DNA of 24,000 nucleotides from Bacillus sp. REN3 (GTDB lineage Bacteria; Bacillota; Bacilli; Bacillales; Cytobacillaceae): NCBI RefSeq assembly GCF_017912555.1, contig NZ_JAERSD010000033.1, positions 5,445 to 29,444 of the forward strand, read 5' to 3'. Shown piece by piece: positions 23,548 to 24,000 of this stretch (position 1 is its first letter; each line of letters starts with the position of its first letter). The notes under the pieces were generated by a model. It saw only the letters and a program-made list of their open reading frames with translations, ran no database searches and was not told where the DNA came from. The position numbers and the translations under genes were made by a program.

Positions 23548-24000
23548 TTGGAACTATTATATATATTAGGTTTAGGATGGATTCTTTTCTTGGTTTATAA
23601 ATTTTATTTAAAACCAGTTAAAACCTATGAAAATGTGGTAGCGAGAGGTTTCTTCAACAGGTTGATTGGAATGAAGGGTAAAGAAAAGCAGGTGTATTTG
23701 AACGCTCTTGAAAACATAAGTTTATCCGAAAATGAAAGAAGAGACTTAATGTTTATAGTAGGTACCTGGTATGCCAACAATAATAACTGCTCAAAAGCAA
23801 TTCGTTATTATGAAGACGCTTTTCAAGATTTTAATGAAAACTTCCATTATAAAAAGGAATTTCATAAGGTAATTGATTCCTATATTAAATGTAATGAAAA
23901 AGAGAAAGCTAAAGAAGTATTAAAATTTTTTCTTGATCGAAAATCATTTGATAAAAATTTTAAGCAGCTAGAGAAAAAATACAATAATTTAGTTAATTAA
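23548..24000 (+). CDS. immunity candidate for the RHS CT: N-terminal TM helix + TPR-like helical domain
   Basis: GGAGG RBS, TTG start 22 nt after the RHS stop. LLYILGLGWILFLVYKFYL (TM), then WYANNNNCSKAIRYYEDAF (TPR-like). The stop codon is at 23998-24000. Confidence 0.6.
   Translation: MELLYILGLGWILFLVYKFYLKPVKTYENVVARGFFNRLIGMKGKEKQVYLNALENISLSENERRDLMFIVGTWYANNNNCSKAIRYYEDAFQDFNENFHYKKEFHKVIDSYIKCNEKEKAKEVLKFFLDRKSFDKNFKQLEKKYNNLVN

Overview
Accessory, mosaic region of a low-GC Firmicute. Signals look Bacillaceae-like: GGAGG RBSs, GTG/TTG starts, and modules resembling B. subtilis YeeF/YezG. Polymorphic-toxin biology dominates the window. Three paralogous cassettes (about 1605-4102, 10994-13545, 17138-19533) each encode a 244-aa SseB-family protein translationally coupled to a toxin. 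Each toxin has a conserved 270-codon N-terminal part (short helical domain plus PT-TG-type pre-toxin domain) ending at a G-D-N junction. Unrelated AT-rich C-terminal toxin modules follow, each with its own immunity gene: PD-(D/E)xK nuclease-like, GHH/HNH nuclease-like, and Ntox50-like (this copy has an in-frame TAG). Loci 1 and 2 carry trailing orphan modules: a YeeF-CT remnant plus YezG-like immunity, and an orphan immunity gene plus a start-less deaminase-like CT with its immunity gene. An ~80-bp palindromic repeat occurs eight times at cassette boundaries, three of them in the leader of the SseB-like genes. The right end holds a decayed RHS locus. It consists of a multi-lesion YD-repeat fragment fused to a PT-TG toxin fragment, a truncated IS701/IS4-like transposase, and a 5'-truncated RHS C-terminus with an intact glycine-rich membrane-type CT and a TPR-like membrane immunity candidate. 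Between the toxin loci lie a WYL regulator, a membrane-anchored repeat-domain protein, and DUF1643 and EEP-nuclease genes. An EVE/PUA-like defence-type gene sits at the left edge. I saw no rRNA, tRNA or CRISPR array. The candidate novel system is the co-duplicated SseB-like / short-N-terminus PT-TG toxin / immunity module. All family assignments come from motif recognition by eye and need HMM confirmation.
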